DNA of 64,000 bases from Thermoplasmata archaeon (GCA_021828195.1 JAKASQ010000001.1:532335-596334); one strand, 5' to 3'. Counted from the first letter of the stretch, positions 45,289-55,634 are shown. Notes: generated from the letters alone by a model not told the origin. Made by a program: numbers and translations.

Positions 45289-46124
45289 CGGCTCCCGAGC
45301 CGCCGGTGCGCTCCCCGGCTCCCTCCGCGCCTCATGTTCCCCAGCATCGGGTCCACCTGCTCAGACTAGACGGCACTCCTAAGGAGAAGGCGACGGTCCA
45401 CCTCCCGCTCGCCTTCTCGGTCCCGGTTCGGGTCGATCTGATTCGCCGCGCCGTGCTCGCAGCCCGATCCCACCGGCGCCAGCCGTACGGGACGGGACTC
45501 ACCTCGGGCCGGCGGCACTCGGTGCGTTGGTCGGGCAAAGGCAAGGGGGTTTCGCGCTCCCCTCGACTCATGGATTCGATGACGGGGGCGCAGGCGCCGA
45601 ACACCGTCGGGGGCGGCCGCGCTCACCCCCCCAAGGTCGAACGGATCTGGGCCCAGAAGATCAACGTCAAGGAGGGCAAGCTCGCGTTCGCGTCCGCGCT
45701 CGCCGCCACCCGGGTCGTCCCGCTCGCCGAAGCTCGGGGCCACACCGTCCCGAAGGACACCCACCTCCCGTTCGTCCTCGAGGACCCGGTCGAGGAGATC
45801 ATGACCGCGGCCGCCGCACGCGACGTGTTGGAGAAGCTGCATCTGTGGGACGACATTGAGCGCGCACGGGATCACTCCCATCTTCGCGCGGGGCGCGGCA
45901 AGCTCCGCGGGCGCGTCCGCCGGACCCCCCGCAGCGTCCTTGTGGTCACAAGCGGCCCGGACCGGGCCCGCGGCTTCCGCAACCTCGCGGGCGTCGAGGT
46001 CGTCTCGGTCCACCAACTCGCGACGGAGGACCTCGCTCCGGGCGGTGATCCGGGCCGGATGACGCTCTTCTCTCACGCGGCGCTCGAGGGGCTCCGCGCT
46101 CGACTCGGGGAAGTGGCCGCATGA
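45285..46124 (+). CDS. rpl4: 50S ribosomal protein uL4
   Basis: DLIRRAV, RQPYG, TVGGGRAHPPK, RAGRGKLRGR, LAPGGDPGR. Confidence 0.96.
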   Translation: MTAPEPPVRSPAPSAPHVPQHRVHLLRLDGTPKEKATVHLPLAFSVPVRVDLIRRAVLAARSHRRQPYGTGLTSGRRHSVRWSGKGKGVSRSPRLMDSMTGAQAPNTVGGGRAHPPKVERIWAQKINVKEGKLAFASALAATRVVPLAEARGHTVPKDTHLPFVLEDPVEEIMTAAAARDVLEKLHLWDDIERARDHSHLRAGRGKLRGRVRRTPRSVLVVTSGPDRARGFRNLAGVEVVSVHQLATEDLAPGGDPGRMTLFSHAALEGLRARLGEVAA

Positions 46125-46384
46125 GCGATCTGCGCCACCGCATCCTGCTGCACGCCTACGTGACCGAAAAGTCGATGGACGAGATGGAACGCCAGAACAA
46201 GCTCGAGTTCAAGGTCGACCAGCGCGCCACGCGCGCCGAGGTCAAGCGCGCGGTCGAGCAAATCTACCAGTGCAAGGTGGCCAAGGTCAACGTCAAGATT
46301 GTGAAAGCTGGCAAGATCGCCACCGTCCGGTTCAAGAAGGAGTACTCGGCGGAGGATATCGGCAGCCGAGCGGGAGTGTTCTGA
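46121..46384 (+). CDS. rpl23: 50S ribosomal protein uL23
   Basis: VTEKSM..E..NKLEF.VD.RAT..EVK.AVE. Confidence 0.95.
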   Translation: MSDLRHRILLHAYVTEKSMDEMERQNKLEFKVDQRATRAEVKRAVEQIYQCKVAKVNVKIVKAGKIATVRFKKEYSAEDIGSRAGVF

Positions 46385-47118
46385 TGGGGAAGCGCATCAT
46401 CTCCCGACGCCGCGGCGCCGGCACGCCCACGTACCAATCCCCGAGCCATCGTCACCACGGGCCGATCTACCATCCCTCCCCCTCCGTGGTCGGTCAGGGA
46501 ACGGTCGTAGGGATCGTTCACGCTCCCGGCCGCACCGCTCCCGTCGCCGAGATATCCACGCCGAGCGGGGACGTCATCCGCACGATCGCGAGCGCGGGGA
46601 TCGCCACGGGCGACTCGATCTCTCTCCATCGCGGTCCGGTAGCCCACGGAGCGCTGCTCTCCCTCGGGGAAATCCCCGACGGCACGCTCGTGTGCAACCT
46701 CGAGGTTAAGCCGTTCGACGGAGGCCGGCTGGTGCGGGCCGCCGGGACGAGCGCCCTCGTCACGGCCCATGCCGGCAAGCTCGTGACCGTGCAGCTCCCG
46801 TCGGGAGCGTTCAAGCAGTTCCTCACCACCTGCCGCGCCCAGGTCGGAGCCGTGGCCGGAGGCGGTCGGCTCGAGCGCCCCATTATCAAGGCCGGCAAGA
46901 AGTTCCACGCGACGCGCTCGCTCGCACGCCCACCCCTGAAGGTCCGTGGGGTCGCGATGAACCCGGTCAACCACCCGTTCGGAGGCGGCGCCCATCAGCA
47001 CGTGGGGCGGCCGAGCACCGTATCGAGCGGCACCTGGCCCGGCGCGAAGGTCGGTCGGTTCAGCCGCTCCCAGCGCAAGAAGCGCCGGGTGCGCGGACGC
47101 GATACAGGGACGGTGTAA
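46384..47118 (+). CDS. rpl2: 50S ribosomal protein uL2
   Basis: MGKRI..RRG, HAPGRTAP, DGGRLVRAAG, VRGVAMNPVNHPFGGG. Confidence 0.97.
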   Translation: MGKRIISRRRGAGTPTYQSPSHRHHGPIYHPSPSVVGQGTVVGIVHAPGRTAPVAEISTPSGDVIRTIASAGIATGDSISLHRGPVAHGALLSLGEIPDGTLVCNLEVKPFDGGRLVRAAGTSALVTAHAGKLVTVQLPSGAFKQFLTTCRAQVGAVAGGGRLERPIIKAGKKFHATRSLARPPLKVRGVAMNPVNHPFGGGAHQHVGRPSTVSSGTWPGAKVGRFSRSQRKKRRVRGRDTGTV

Positions 47119-47124
47119 TGCATC

Positions 47125-47550
47125 ATGGCACGATCGAAGAAGATCAAGAAGGTGGAGACGCGCCGCAAGCGCGAGTTCACGTACCGTGGATACACCCTGC
47201 CGCGCCTGAAGGAGATGAACCTCGAGGAGCTCGCGAAGGTCCTCCCGGCCCGCGCGCGCCGGTCGATTCGCCGCGGGTTCAACGTGGAGACGACGCGCTT
47301 CTTCGGCCGGATGCGCGAAACGCCTCCCGACAAGGTGCTCAAGACCCATTGCCGGGACGCCCTCGTACTCCCCGAGCACATCGGCCGACGGGTCGCGATC
47401 TACAACGGCAAAGAGTTCAAGGAAGTCGAACTGCGCCCGGAGATGATCGGGCACTACTTCGGCGAGTTCTCGCTGACTCGCCGGTTCGAGAAGCACTCCG
47501 GACCCGGAGTCGGCGCGACGCGTTCGTCGAAGTTCATGCCGCTGAAGTGA
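47125..47550 (+). CDS. rps19: 30S ribosomal protein uS19
   Basis: FTYRG, LPARARR, KTHCRD, YNGKEF, EMIGHYFGEF, GATRSSKFMPLK. Confidence 0.97.
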   Translation: MARSKKIKKVETRRKREFTYRGYTLPRLKEMNLEELAKVLPARARRSIRRGFNVETTRFFGRMRETPPDKVLKTHCRDALVLPEHIGRRVAIYNGKEFKEVELRPEMIGHYFGEFSLTRRFEKHSGPGVGATRSSKFMPLK

Positions 47551-47566
47551 AGGAGGGAACGGAACG

Positions 47567-48022
47567 ATGCGAGGATACACCTATCGCGACGAGGCCGGCA
47601 CGAGCGTCGCCCGTGCCCGCGGCGTCGAGCTCCCCATCTCTCCCAAGAAGACCTACGAGGTCCTCAACGCGATCCGCGGGCTCCCGCTCGAGCGCGCGCG
47701 CACGGTCCTCGAGGATGCCGTCGAGCTCCGTCGCGCGATCCCGTTCCGGCGCTACAACCAGGAGACGTCCCACAAGCGCGGCGTGGGACCGGGCCGGTTC
47801 CCGAAGAAGGTTGCGAAGAACGTGCTGCAGATCCTGCGCAACGCGGAATCGAACGCAGAGTACGAGAGCCTCGACACCGACCGGCTCTACGTCAAGGTCG
47901 CCGCCTCGAGCCGGGGCCGAATCCTGAAGGCGTCGATGCCTCGCGCCCACGGGCGCGCGACGGCGTGGAACGAGCAGACCACCCACATCGAGATCGTCCT
48001 CGCCGAGCGGAAGGAGGCCTAG
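47567..48022 (+). CDS. rpl22: 50S ribosomal protein uL22
   Basis: ISPKK..E..AIRG, GRFPKK, NAESNAE, PRAHGRA. Confidence 0.96.
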   Translation: MRGYTYRDEAGTSVARARGVELPISPKKTYEVLNAIRGLPLERARTVLEDAVELRRAIPFRRYNQETSHKRGVGPGRFPKKVAKNVLQILRNAESNAEYESLDTDRLYVKVAASSRGRILKASMPRAHGRATAWNEQTTHIEIVLAERKEA

Positions 48023-48023
48023 A

Positions 48024-48728
48024 GTGAGCGCCGAACGCAAGGTCATCGAGGAGGCAACACGGCGGGTCCTGCTCAAGGACTATCTCGTCGGCGAAAGCGC
48101 GCGGGCCGGCTTCGGTGGGCTCGATATCCAGCGCACCCCGATGGGCACGCGCGTCACGCTGATCTGCGAACGCCCCGGAATCCTGATCGGGCGGCGCGGC
48201 GAGCTCATCAAGCGGCTGACGGAGGATATCCAGGCCCGGTTCAAGCTCGACAACCCTCAGATCGAGGTCCAGGAGGAACGCAACCCGTCCCTCAACGCCC
48301 AGCTCATGGCCGAGAAGCTCGCTTCGACCCTCGAACGAGGCTGGCATTTCCGTCGCGCGGGGCACTCGACCGTCCGCCGCATCATGGAGTCCGGCGCGCG
48401 CGGCTGCCAGGTCATCCTCTCGGGGAAGCTGACCGGCGAGCGGCACCGCACCGAGCGGTTCAAGGCGGGGACGATCAAGTACTGCGGCGAAGCCGTGCAC
48501 CTGTGGATGGGCAAGGGATTCTATCAGGCCCGCCTCAAGCCCGGGGTCATCGGTGTCAACGTCTGGATCATGCGCTCGAACGCGAAGCTCCCTGACGAGA
48601 TCAAGGTCAAGGGTGTGGAGACCCGACCGGCCCCCGCGCCGATCGAACTCCCGCCCCTCGAGGGCGCCGACTTGCCGCCCGGCTCCGCGGTCGCGGCGGC
48701 CCTGGCCGGGCCGGAGGCGCCCACGTGA
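48024..48728 (+). CDS. rps3: 30S ribosomal protein uS3
   Basis: RTPMGT, RPGILIGRRG, LERGWHFRRAGH, GKLTGER. Confidence 0.96.
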   Translation: MSAERKVIEEATRRVLLKDYLVGESARAGFGGLDIQRTPMGTRVTLICERPGILIGRRGELIKRLTEDIQARFKLDNPQIEVQEERNPSLNAQLMAEKLASTLERGWHFRRAGHSTVRRIMESGARGCQVILSGKLTGERHRTERFKAGTIKYCGEAVHLWMGKGFYQARLKPGVIGVNVWIMRSNAKLPDEIKVKGVETRPAPAPIELPPLEGADLPPGSAVAAALAGPEAPT

Positions 48729-48958
48729 CGCTGCAACGGATGAAGGACCTGCGGGCGCTCACCGATGACGAGCTGCGCCGTCGCATCTCCGACGCCGAAG
48801 GCGATCTCTTGCGCGAGCGCGGCATCGCCGCCATGGGAGGCGCGCCCCCGAGCCCCGGGAAGATGCGGGCGCTACGCACCAACGTCGCCCGGGCCTTGAC
48901 CGTGCTCCAGGAGCGCCATCTCGCTCCCACTTCCGCCGAACCGAACGCGAGCGCCTAG
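48725..48958 (+). CDS. rpl29: 50S ribosomal protein uL29
   Basis: KDLRAL...EL, MGGAP.SPGKMR.LR..VAR.LT; operon position. Confidence 0.93.
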   Translation: MTLQRMKDLRALTDDELRRRISDAEGDLLRERGIAAMGGAPPSPGKMRALRTNVARALTVLQERHLAPTSAEPNASA

Positions 48959-48964
48959 AGTGGA

Positions 48965-49288
48965 GTGACGATGGTCGGCGAGGGAGAGCTCACGGGTGCC
49001 GACCGCGCCGTCCTCGCCGGCGAGATCCTCGGGGCCGCCATCTCGGTCGACCGTGCTCCGGGGATCCGGACGCTGCCTCTTCGCGGCACGATCGTCGATG
49101 AGTCCATGAACACCTTCACGGTCCGGTTGGCCGGCCATGGCCGCGTCGTGCGCGTGCCCAAGTCCGGGATGCGGGGGACGATTCTCCTCGGCGAACGCGA
49201 GTTACCGTTAATAGGCGACAGTCTTCGCGTTCGACCCCAGGACCGCACCAAGCGCATCCTCGCCGGCGGTTCCCGGAGGATCCGATGA
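48965..49288 (+). CDS. rnp1: Ribonuclease P protein component 1 (Rpp29/POP4)
   Basis: EILG, GTIVDESMNT, VPK, G..L..RPQDR; position between L29 and S17. Confidence 0.85.
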   Translation: MTMVGEGELTGADRAVLAGEILGAAISVDRAPGIRTLPLRGTIVDESMNTFTVRLAGHGRVVRVPKSGMRGTILLGERELPLIGDSLRVRPQDRTKRILAGGSRRIR

Positions 49289-49710
49289 GTCCCGCTCCAG
49301 CATCTCGCACCCGACGCGCCCGGGACATCGGTCTCGACGTTCGCGCGCCGAAACAGAAATGCGACGATCCGCACTGCCCCTTCCACGGGCGCCTGTCCAT
49401 CCGCGGCCAGGTGCTCGAGGGGACGGTCGTCTCCACCGCGATGCAACGTACCGCGGTCGTCGAGCGCACGCTACTCACGCGGGTGCCGAAGTACGAGCGG
49501 TATGAGAAGCGCCGCCGCCGCTACCTCGCTCACTCCCCGCCATGCCTCGGGGTCATGGTCGGACACAAGGTACGCATCGCCGAGACCCGACCGCTGTCGA
49601 AGCTGGTCAGCTTCTGCATTGTCGAGGACCTGGGCGAGGCCGCCCAGCAGGTGAAGGGCGAGGAAGCCACTGCGCCCGAGCCGAGCCCTCCGGTCAAGGA
49701 GGAAGCATGA
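49285..49710 (+). CDS. rps17: 30S ribosomal protein uS17
   Basis: IGLDV..P...[29 protein letters not shown]. Confidence 0.96.
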   Translation: MSPAPASRTRRARDIGLDVRAPKQKCDDPHCPFHGRLSIRGQVLEGTVVSTAMQRTAVVERTLLTRVPKYERYEKRRRRYLAHSPPCLGVMVGHKVRIAETRPLSKLVSFCIVEDLGEAAQQVKGEEATAPEPSPPVKEEA

Positions 49711-50105
49711 AGGGTGTCGCCGGTCGTCGAGGACGCGGCCTCCCGAAGGGCGCGCGTCTGGACTGCGCCGACAACACCGGTGCGAAGATCGTGGAGATTA
49801 TCGCCGTGCACAATTGGCACGGTACTCACCGCCGCTACCCGCGGGCGGGGATCGCCGACCTCGTGATCGTCTCCGTCAAGAAGGGAACGCCCGAGATGCG
49901 GCGCCAGGTTCTGCACGCCGTCATCGTGCGCTCGCGCTCACCGATCCGGCGGGCCGACGGGACCCGCCTGCAATTCGAGGACAACGCCGCCGTGATCACG
50001 ACCGAAACCGGCGAGCTGAAGGGTTCCCAGATCAAGGGACCGGTGGCGAAGGAGGCCGCCGAGCGGTGGTCGCGCGTGGCCGCGGCCTCGTCGATCATCG
50101 TGTAG
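49707..50105 (+). CDS. rpl14: 50S ribosomal protein uL14
   Basis: [38 protein letters not shown]. Confidence 0.97.
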   Translation: MKGVAGRRGRGLPKGARLDCADNTGAKIVEIIAVHNWHGTHRRYPRAGIADLVIVSVKKGTPEMRRQVLHAVIVRSRSPIRRADGTRLQFEDNAAVITTETGELKGSQIKGPVAKEAAERWSRVAAASSIIV

Positions 50106-50116
50106 GAGGGGCTCTC

Positions 50117-50800
50117 ATGGCACGTCAATCTTCCAGCGCACCCCGCCGACAGCGCAAGGCGCTGTACAACGCAGACTCCGCTCACCGGCGCCGACGGATG
50201 TCGGTCCCGCTCTCGCGCGAATTGCGCGCGCGCTTCCACTGCCGCTCGGTCCCCGTCCGCAAGGGTGACACGGTGCGCATCCTATCGGGAAGCTACGTCG
50301 GGAGCGAGGAGCGCGTGGCCCGCGTCGATCGCCGCAGCTACTCCGTCATCCTCAACAACATCACGCTGAAGACCGGGGAGCAGAAGCAGAAGCCGCTCCC
50401 GATCCGGACCGGCCAGCTCCTGTTGACCAAGCTCAACCTTTCGGATGCCTGGCGGCGCCGTACCTTGAGCGTTCGCGAGGAGGAGTTGACCCCCGAAGAG
50501 CTCGGCACGACCCCCGAAGCACCGACGGGAGCGGCGACGGAGAGCCCCGCGGCGCCCCCCGATGCGGCCGCCGTACTCCCCGGACCCGAGGGGGATATGC
50601 ACCTCACCGAGGCGGAGCGCGAATTCCTCAAGGATGCTGGAACCGAGGAAGCGGCGCCGATGGGGAAGGCCCCCAAGCCGGGAGCACCAGAGGAGGAGAT
50701 CGCCGGCGAGACGGAAGAGACACCGGAGCCCGCGGTAGCGAAGCCACATCCCTCCAAGCCCCGAGGTAAGTCCCGCCCACCGAAGGAGGGCGACGCATGA
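50117..50800 (+). CDS. rpl24: 50S ribosomal protein uL24 with long acidic C-terminal tail
   Basis: PRRQRK.LYNA, LSRELR, PVRKGDTV.I..G, KLNLSD.WR. Confidence 0.94.
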   Translation: MARQSSSAPRRQRKALYNADSAHRRRRMSVPLSRELRARFHCRSVPVRKGDTVRILSGSYVGSEERVARVDRRSYSVILNNITLKTGEQKQKPLPIRTGQLLLTKLNLSDAWRRRTLSVREEELTPEELGTTPEAPTGAATESPAAPPDAAAVLPGPEGDMHLTEAEREFLKDAGTEEAAPMGKAPKPGAPEEEIAGETEETPEPAVAKPHPSKPRGKSRPPKEGDA

Positions 50801-51513
50801 CGCGCCGGATGAAGCGTCGGGCCGCCCCCAGGACCTGGCCGGTTCCCCGCAAAGGAACGAAGTGGATCCGGCGACCGGCTCCCGGGCCCCATGCTCAGGA
50901 CCAATCGATCCCCCTCGTGATCGTGCTGCGCGACCTGCGCCACCTCGTCCGGAACGAGCGCGAAGCTCGTCTGCTCGTGAACTCGGGCACGGTCCAGGTC
51001 GACGGGAAGGTCGTTCGCGATCTCTCGCGCGGTCTGGGTCTCATGGACGTGCTCTCCCTCGCGGCGCCGCTCGATGCGCACGCCCGCGTCGTGAAGGACC
51101 GCCGGGGCAAGCTCACCCTCGTGACGATCCCACCCACCGAGGCGTCCGTCAAGCTCGGGCGCATACGGTTCAAGCACGCGATCCGCACGGGCAAGGTCGG
51201 CATGACCCTACACGATGGCCGTACCCTCGTGGTCCCCGCCAACTCCCCCTACCGCGTCGGCGACTCGCTCCAGATCGAGGTGCCAAGCCAGGCGATCGTC
51301 CGCCACCTCCCCCTCGCCCCCGGCCAGCTCGCGTTCCTCGCGGGCGGCAGCCACGTCGGCGAAACCGCACGCGTTGAGCGGGTCGAGGTCCGCAACTCCT
51401 CTCAGCCGAACCTCGTGCACTTCAAGGAGGGATTCTCGACCATCAAGGAGTACGTGTTCATCGTGGGCGAGACCTCGCCCCAGGTGACGATCGCGGAGGG
51501 TCTCGACCGATGA
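50797..51513 (+). CDS. rps4e: 30S ribosomal protein eS4
   Basis: KRRAAP..W...RK, PGPH...SIPL, VDGKV, LHDGR, GGSHVG. Confidence 0.96.
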   Translation: MTRRMKRRAAPRTWPVPRKGTKWIRRPAPGPHAQDQSIPLVIVLRDLRHLVRNEREARLLVNSGTVQVDGKVVRDLSRGLGLMDVLSLAAPLDAHARVVKDRRGKLTLVTIPPTEASVKLGRIRFKHAIRTGKVGMTLHDGRTLVVPANSPYRVGDSLQIEVPSQAIVRHLPLAPGQLAFLAGGSHVGETARVERVEVRNSSQPNLVHFKEGFSTIKEYVFIVGETSPQVTIAEGLDR

Positions 51514-52064
51514 ACGCATCCTCCCCCGCCGCGACCGCCCGGGCCCCGACGACGGAGAACGTCAACCGGGCCGTGCGGATCATCAAGGTCGTGGTCAACG
51601 CGGGGGTCGGTCAATCCGGCGAACCGCGCCAGAAGGCCGAGCGCGTCCTCCAGATGATCACGCACCAAAAACCGATCGCGACTCGCTCGCGCTCGACGAA
51701 CCGCGATTTCGGCATCCGCGCCGGCCAAGAGATTGGAGCGAAGGTGACGCTCCGGGGTCCCTCGGCCGTCGACTTCCTGAACCGGGCCTTCGAGGCTCGC
51801 GACCGTCAGCTCGATCCAGACTCGATCGACCGCAACGGCAACTTCTCCTTCGGGATCGGGGACTACACCGATTTCACGGGAATGAAGTACGATCCCGAGA
51901 TCGGCATCCACGGCATGGACATCGCGGTCGAGCTCGGCCGTTCCGGCTATGGGGTGCGCGAACGGCAGGTCTCCGCCCGCCCGATCCCCAAGCGCCTGCG
52001 ATCGACCAAGGCCGATACCCGAGCGTACCTCGCGGCGACCTTCCAAGTGACGTTCGTGGAGTGA
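51510..52064 (+). CDS. rpl5: 50S ribosomal protein uL5
   Basis: [42 protein letters not shown]. Confidence 0.96.
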   Translation: MNASSPAATARAPTTENVNRAVRIIKVVVNAGVGQSGEPRQKAERVLQMITHQKPIATRSRSTNRDFGIRAGQEIGAKVTLRGPSAVDFLNRAFEARDRQLDPDSIDRNGNFSFGIGDYTDFTGMKYDPEIGIHGMDIAVELGRSGYGVRERQVSARPIPKRLRSTKADTRAYLAATFQVTFVE

Positions 52065-52069
52065 AGGCC

Positions 52070-52219
52070 ATGTCGAAACCCAAGAAGGAATTCGGACGGA
52101 AGGAAGGTTGCCTGCGGTGCGACCGTAAGCGCGGCATCGTCCGGCGCTACGGACTGCACGTCTGCCGGCAGTGCTTCCGCGAGGTCGCGGTCGACCTGGG
52201 GTTCCGGAAGTACCAGTGA
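52070..52219 (+). CDS. rps14: 30S ribosomal protein uS14 (49 aa, absent from ORF track)
   Basis: [49 protein letters not shown]. Confidence 0.96.
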   Translation: MSKPKKEFGRKEGCLRCDRKRGIVRRYGLHVCRQCFREVAVDLGFRKYQ

Positions 52220-52230
52220 GGTAAGCGAAC

Positions 52231-52620
52231 ATGCGTCACGATCTACTCAACGATGCGCTCCTCACCCTGCGCCACGCGGACCAGCATGGCCAGGGCGAGG
52301 TCGCGCTCGCGCCGGCGTCCCACCTCATCGGTGAGGTGCTGCGGATCCTGCGCGAACACCACTACGTGGAGGAGTTCACGTTCGTCCCCACCGGTCGCGG
52401 AGGGAAGTACGATGTCAAACTCTCCCGACGCATCAACTCCTGCGGCGTCATCAAGCCGCGGATCGCGGTCCCGCATCGCGAGCTCGAGCGCTACGAATCC
52501 CGATTCCTTCCGGCCCAGGACTTCGGGCTCCTCGTTCTCTCCACGAACCGCGGAGTGATTACCCACCAACAGGCCCGGGAGCTCAAGCTCGGAGGGAGGC
52601 TCATCGCGTATGTCTACTGA
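52231..52620 (+). CDS. rps8: 30S ribosomal protein uS8
   Basis: DLLNDAL, GRGG, INSCGVIKPR, FLPAQDFG.LVLST..G, GGRLIAYVY. Confidence 0.97.
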   Translation: MRHDLLNDALLTLRHADQHGQGEVALAPASHLIGEVLRILREHHYVEEFTFVPTGRGGKYDVKLSRRINSCGVIKPRIAVPHRELERYESRFLPAQDFGLLVLSTNRGVITHQQARELKLGGRLIAYVY

Positions 52621-53167
52621 GACAACGGAGGCCGTGATCGCCGTGCCCGCCGGGGTCCGGCTCGAGGTGCACCCCGGTCTCCTCCAGGCAAAGGGCCCGC
52701 TCGGTCAGATCCTACGGCCGTTCCCGAGCGACGCGCTTGATCTCGTGGTCGCGGACGGCAAGGCCACCCTCACGCTCAAGCTGCCTCCCGGACGTAAGCA
52801 ATCCCGCTCGCTCCTCGCCACGTGGGCGGCGCACCTGAAGAACCTCGTCGGTGGACTCACGCTCGGGGTGGAGGCGAAGATGAAGGTCGTCGCCGCCCAC
52901 TTCCCGATGAAAGTGGCGGTGAAGGGTGAGGAGCTCATTATCGAGAACTTCCTCGGCGAGAAGTACCCTCGGACCGCTCCGCTGCGCCCCGGAACCCAGG
53001 CGACCGTCGAGGGAGACATCGTGGTCCTTTCCGGCTACGACGTCGAGCAGGTCGGGCAAAGCGCGGCCAACATCGAGCGCGCAACGCACATCCGCAACTA
53101 CGACCCCCGTGTCTTCCAGGACGGCATCTACCTCACCGAGCACGCCCACCTCAAGGGAGCCGCCTGA
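52610..53167 (+). CDS. rpl6: 50S ribosomal protein uL6
   Basis: KGPLG, AHFPM, IENFLGEK.PR, VGQSAANIE, DPRVFQDGIY. Confidence 0.96.
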   Translation: MSTETTEAVIAVPAGVRLEVHPGLLQAKGPLGQILRPFPSDALDLVVADGKATLTLKLPPGRKQSRSLLATWAAHLKNLVGGLTLGVEAKMKVVAAHFPMKVAVKGEELIIENFLGEKYPRTAPLRPGTQATVEGDIVVLSGYDVEQVGQSAANIERATHIRNYDPRVFQDGIYLTEHAHLKGAA

Positions 53168-53751
53168 TGTCGCCGGATCCCGTGACCGCACCGGAACCGG
53201 AAGAGACGCCCGCACCGAAGCCCGCCCGGCGCCGCGTCCGCGCCGCGCCGCCGCCCGAGGAGAAGAAGGAGATCGTACCCGCGGACGCGACGGCCGTCAC
53301 GACCGAAGAACCCGCGACGCCGCGCGCTCCGAAGCGGGCATCGCTCGACCCGGAGTCGGCGAAGCTGTTGCGCCTGCGGCGCGAGCTCGATCGACACCGA
53401 CCGCTCTTCGTTCGCCAGGCCGCGCATCGCTACTACCGGATCGGCCGCGACGAGAGCTGGCGCCGGCCCCGTGGCTTACAGTCCAAGCAGCGACGGCACT
53501 ACGGCTACCGCTCCGTCATCGTCCGGGTCGGCTACCGGTCCCCCGCCAAGGTCCGCGACCTCGTTCCCAGCGGCTTCCGCCCGATCATCATCCGGACGAC
53601 CGGCGAGCTCGAGAAGCTCGACGCGACGAAGGAGGCCGCGATCATCGCGCGCACCGTCGGCACCCGTCGGCGCCTGACCCTCGAGGAGACGGCCCGCCGC
53701 CTCGGGATCCATGTGCTCAATCCGATCGCCACCCCCGAAGGGGAGGAGTAG
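53167..53751 (+). CDS. rpl32e: 50S ribosomal protein eL32 with N-terminal extension
   Basis: P.FVRQ, WRRPRGLQSKQR, GYRSP..VR.L.PSG, GIHVLN. Confidence 0.95.
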   Translation: MSPDPVTAPEPEETPAPKPARRRVRAAPPPEEKKEIVPADATAVTTEEPATPRAPKRASLDPESAKLLRLRRELDRHRPLFVRQAAHRYYRIGRDESWRRPRGLQSKQRRHYGYRSVIVRVGYRSPAKVRDLVPSGFRPIIIRTTGELEKLDATKEAAIIARTVGTRRRLTLEETARRLGIHVLNPIATPEGEE

Positions 53752-53755
53752 AGAC

Positions 53756-54220
53756 GTGCCCGATCTTTCGAACCAACGCCGACTCGCCTCCATCCTGCTC
53801 AAGTGCGGCAGCGGGCGCGTGTGGATCGACCCGGCGCGTGAGCAAGAGGTCTCCGATTCGGTCACGCGCCAGGATATCCGTACCGCGATCAAGTCCGGGG
53901 CGATCCGCCGCAAGGCGATCCAGGGCACGTCCCGGGCCCGGGCGCGCCGCTACGCGGCCGAGGTCGCGAAGGGACGCCACCAGGGCCCCGGCTCGCGCCG
54001 CGGCAGCCCGCTCTCCCGGTCGAGCAAGAAGGAGCGCTGGATGCGCCGGATCCGGCCCCAACGCGAGCTTCTGGCTACCCTCCGGGCGGAGAAACGCATC
54101 ACCCCGGCGATCTACCGCAGGTACTACCGGCAGGCGAAGGGCGGTATGTACCGTAGCCGCGCCCACCTCCTGTTGAACCTGCAGCTGGCCGGCCACCTCG
54201 CCGCGGAGGCCAAGTCATGA
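53756..54220 (+). CDS. rpl19e: 50S ribosomal protein eL19
   Basis: QRRLA..LKCG..RVWIDP, TRQDIR, GPGSRRG, W...IR..R, AKGG. Confidence 0.96.
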   Translation: MPDLSNQRRLASILLKCGSGRVWIDPAREQEVSDSVTRQDIRTAIKSGAIRRKAIQGTSRARARRYAAEVAKGRHQGPGSRRGSPLSRSSKKERWMRRIRPQRELLATLRAEKRITPAIYRRYYRQAKGGMYRSRAHLLLNLQLAGHLAAEAKS

Positions 54221-54744
54221 GTACGGGCCCCCGCTACCGGGTCCGCTTCCGGCGTCGACGGGAGGGCCGCACCGACTATCGCACGCGGCTCAAGCTCTTG
54301 CGCTCGGGCCGCCCGCGGGCGGTCGTGCGCATTACGGCCCAGCGCGTCTATGTCACGATCACCACCTACGACCCCACCGGTGATCGAGTGATCGCTGCGG
54401 CCGACAGCCGGGAGCTCGGCGGGGTTGGATTCCCCGGCGGCAGCCTCGCATCGACCCCCGCGGCGTATCTGACGGGCTATCTCGCCGGTCTTCGATCGAA
54501 GGCTGCGGGGACGAACGGGGCTATCCTCGATGCGGGCCTTCGGCACCCGACGGCCGGGGGCCGAGTGCTCGCGGCGCTCAAAGGCCTGCTCGATGCAGGC
54601 GTTGAGGTGCCCCACGGAGAGACGATCTTCCCCGGGAACGACCGACTCAGCGGCTCGCACCTGCCGAAGCCGCTTCCGGAACCCCTCGAGTCCTACAAGG
54701 GCAAGTTGCCGACCATCACCGAGCGCAAGGAGGCGACCGCATGA
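54217..54744 (+). CDS. rpl18: 50S ribosomal protein uL18
   Basis: GPRYRVRFRRRREGRTDY, PAAYLTG, ILDAGL, LKGLLDAG..VPH. Confidence 0.96.
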   Translation: MSTGPRYRVRFRRRREGRTDYRTRLKLLRSGRPRAVVRITAQRVYVTITTYDPTGDRVIAAADSRELGGVGFPGGSLASTPAAYLTGYLAGLRSKAAGTNGAILDAGLRHPTAGGRVLAALKGLLDAGVEVPHGETIFPGNDRLSGSHLPKPLPEPLESYKGKLPTITERKEATA

Positions 54745-55634
54745 GCGGAGCGTCCGCCTTCCCGCCCTCCGGCGGTCCCTCCCAGGGCTCCCGCTACGGA
54801 GGTGGCGGACCGTCCGGTCCCGCCCCACCGCCTCCCTGGGTACCGAAGACCGAGCTCGGCCGCAAGGTCCACTCTGGGGAGATCACGACGATGAGTGACG
54901 CGCTGCGAAGCGGGCTCCCGCTACGCGAGCCCCAGATCGTGGACAAGCTGCTTCCGGGTCTCCACGACGAGGTCCTCGATGTGAACATGGTCCAGCGCAT
55001 GACCGATTCCGGTCGGCGCCTGAAGTTCGCCGTCACCGTCGTCGTGGGGAACGGCGACGGGTTCGTCGGCCTCGGTCGCTCCAAGGGCCGGGAGGTTGGA
55101 CCCACGATCCGGCGCGCGATCGACCGCGCGAAGCTCAAGCTCATCGAGATCCAGCGCGGCTGTGGCAGCTGGGAATGCGGCTGCGGGCGCTCCCACACGG
55201 TCCCCTTCCAGGTCCGGGGCCGCTCGGGCTCGGTCGTTGTCACGTTCAAGCCGGCACCGCGAGGCGTTGGGCTCGCGGTGGGCGATGTCGCGAAGCCGAT
55301 CCTTCGGTTCGCGGGACTCACCGATACTTGGGGATACACCGATGGTCACACGAAGACGACCGTCAATTACGCTCAGGCCGCGTTCATCGCGCTCGCGGCG
55401 CTCTCGCGCCTGAAGATCCGTCCGGAGGATGCGGCTCGCCTGAAGATCGTGCGCGGACCGATCGGCACGTCCATCCTCCCCCCGAAGGAGGAGGGCGCCC
55501 GCCCGATGGGCGGCCGGGGCGGTCGGCGCCGCGGCGGACCGCCGCCTCGGGGCGGGGGCGGACGGCCCCCGGGACCCGGCGGCGCTGGAGGTCCGGGCCG
55601 TCGGCCCGGCGGACCGCCTCGGGGAGGTCGGTGA
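54741..55634 (+). CDS. rps5: 30S ribosomal protein uS5 with Gly/Pro/Arg-rich termini
   Basis: WVPKTELG, VQRMTDSGRR, VGNGDG.VG.G, RGCGSWEC.C, PAPRGVGL. Confidence 0.96.
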   Translation: MSGASAFPPSGGPSQGSRYGGGGPSGPAPPPPWVPKTELGRKVHSGEITTMSDALRSGLPLREPQIVDKLLPGLHDEVLDVNMVQRMTDSGRRLKFAVTVVVGNGDGFVGLGRSKGREVGPTIRRAIDRAKLKLIEIQRGCGSWECGCGRSHTVPFQVRGRSGSVVVTFKPAPRGVGLAVGDVAKPILRFAGLTDTWGYTDGHTKTTVNYAQAAFIALAALSRLKIRPEDAARLKIVRGPIGTSILPPKEEGARPMGGRGGRRRGGPPPRGGGGRPPGPGGAGGPGRRPGGPPRGGR

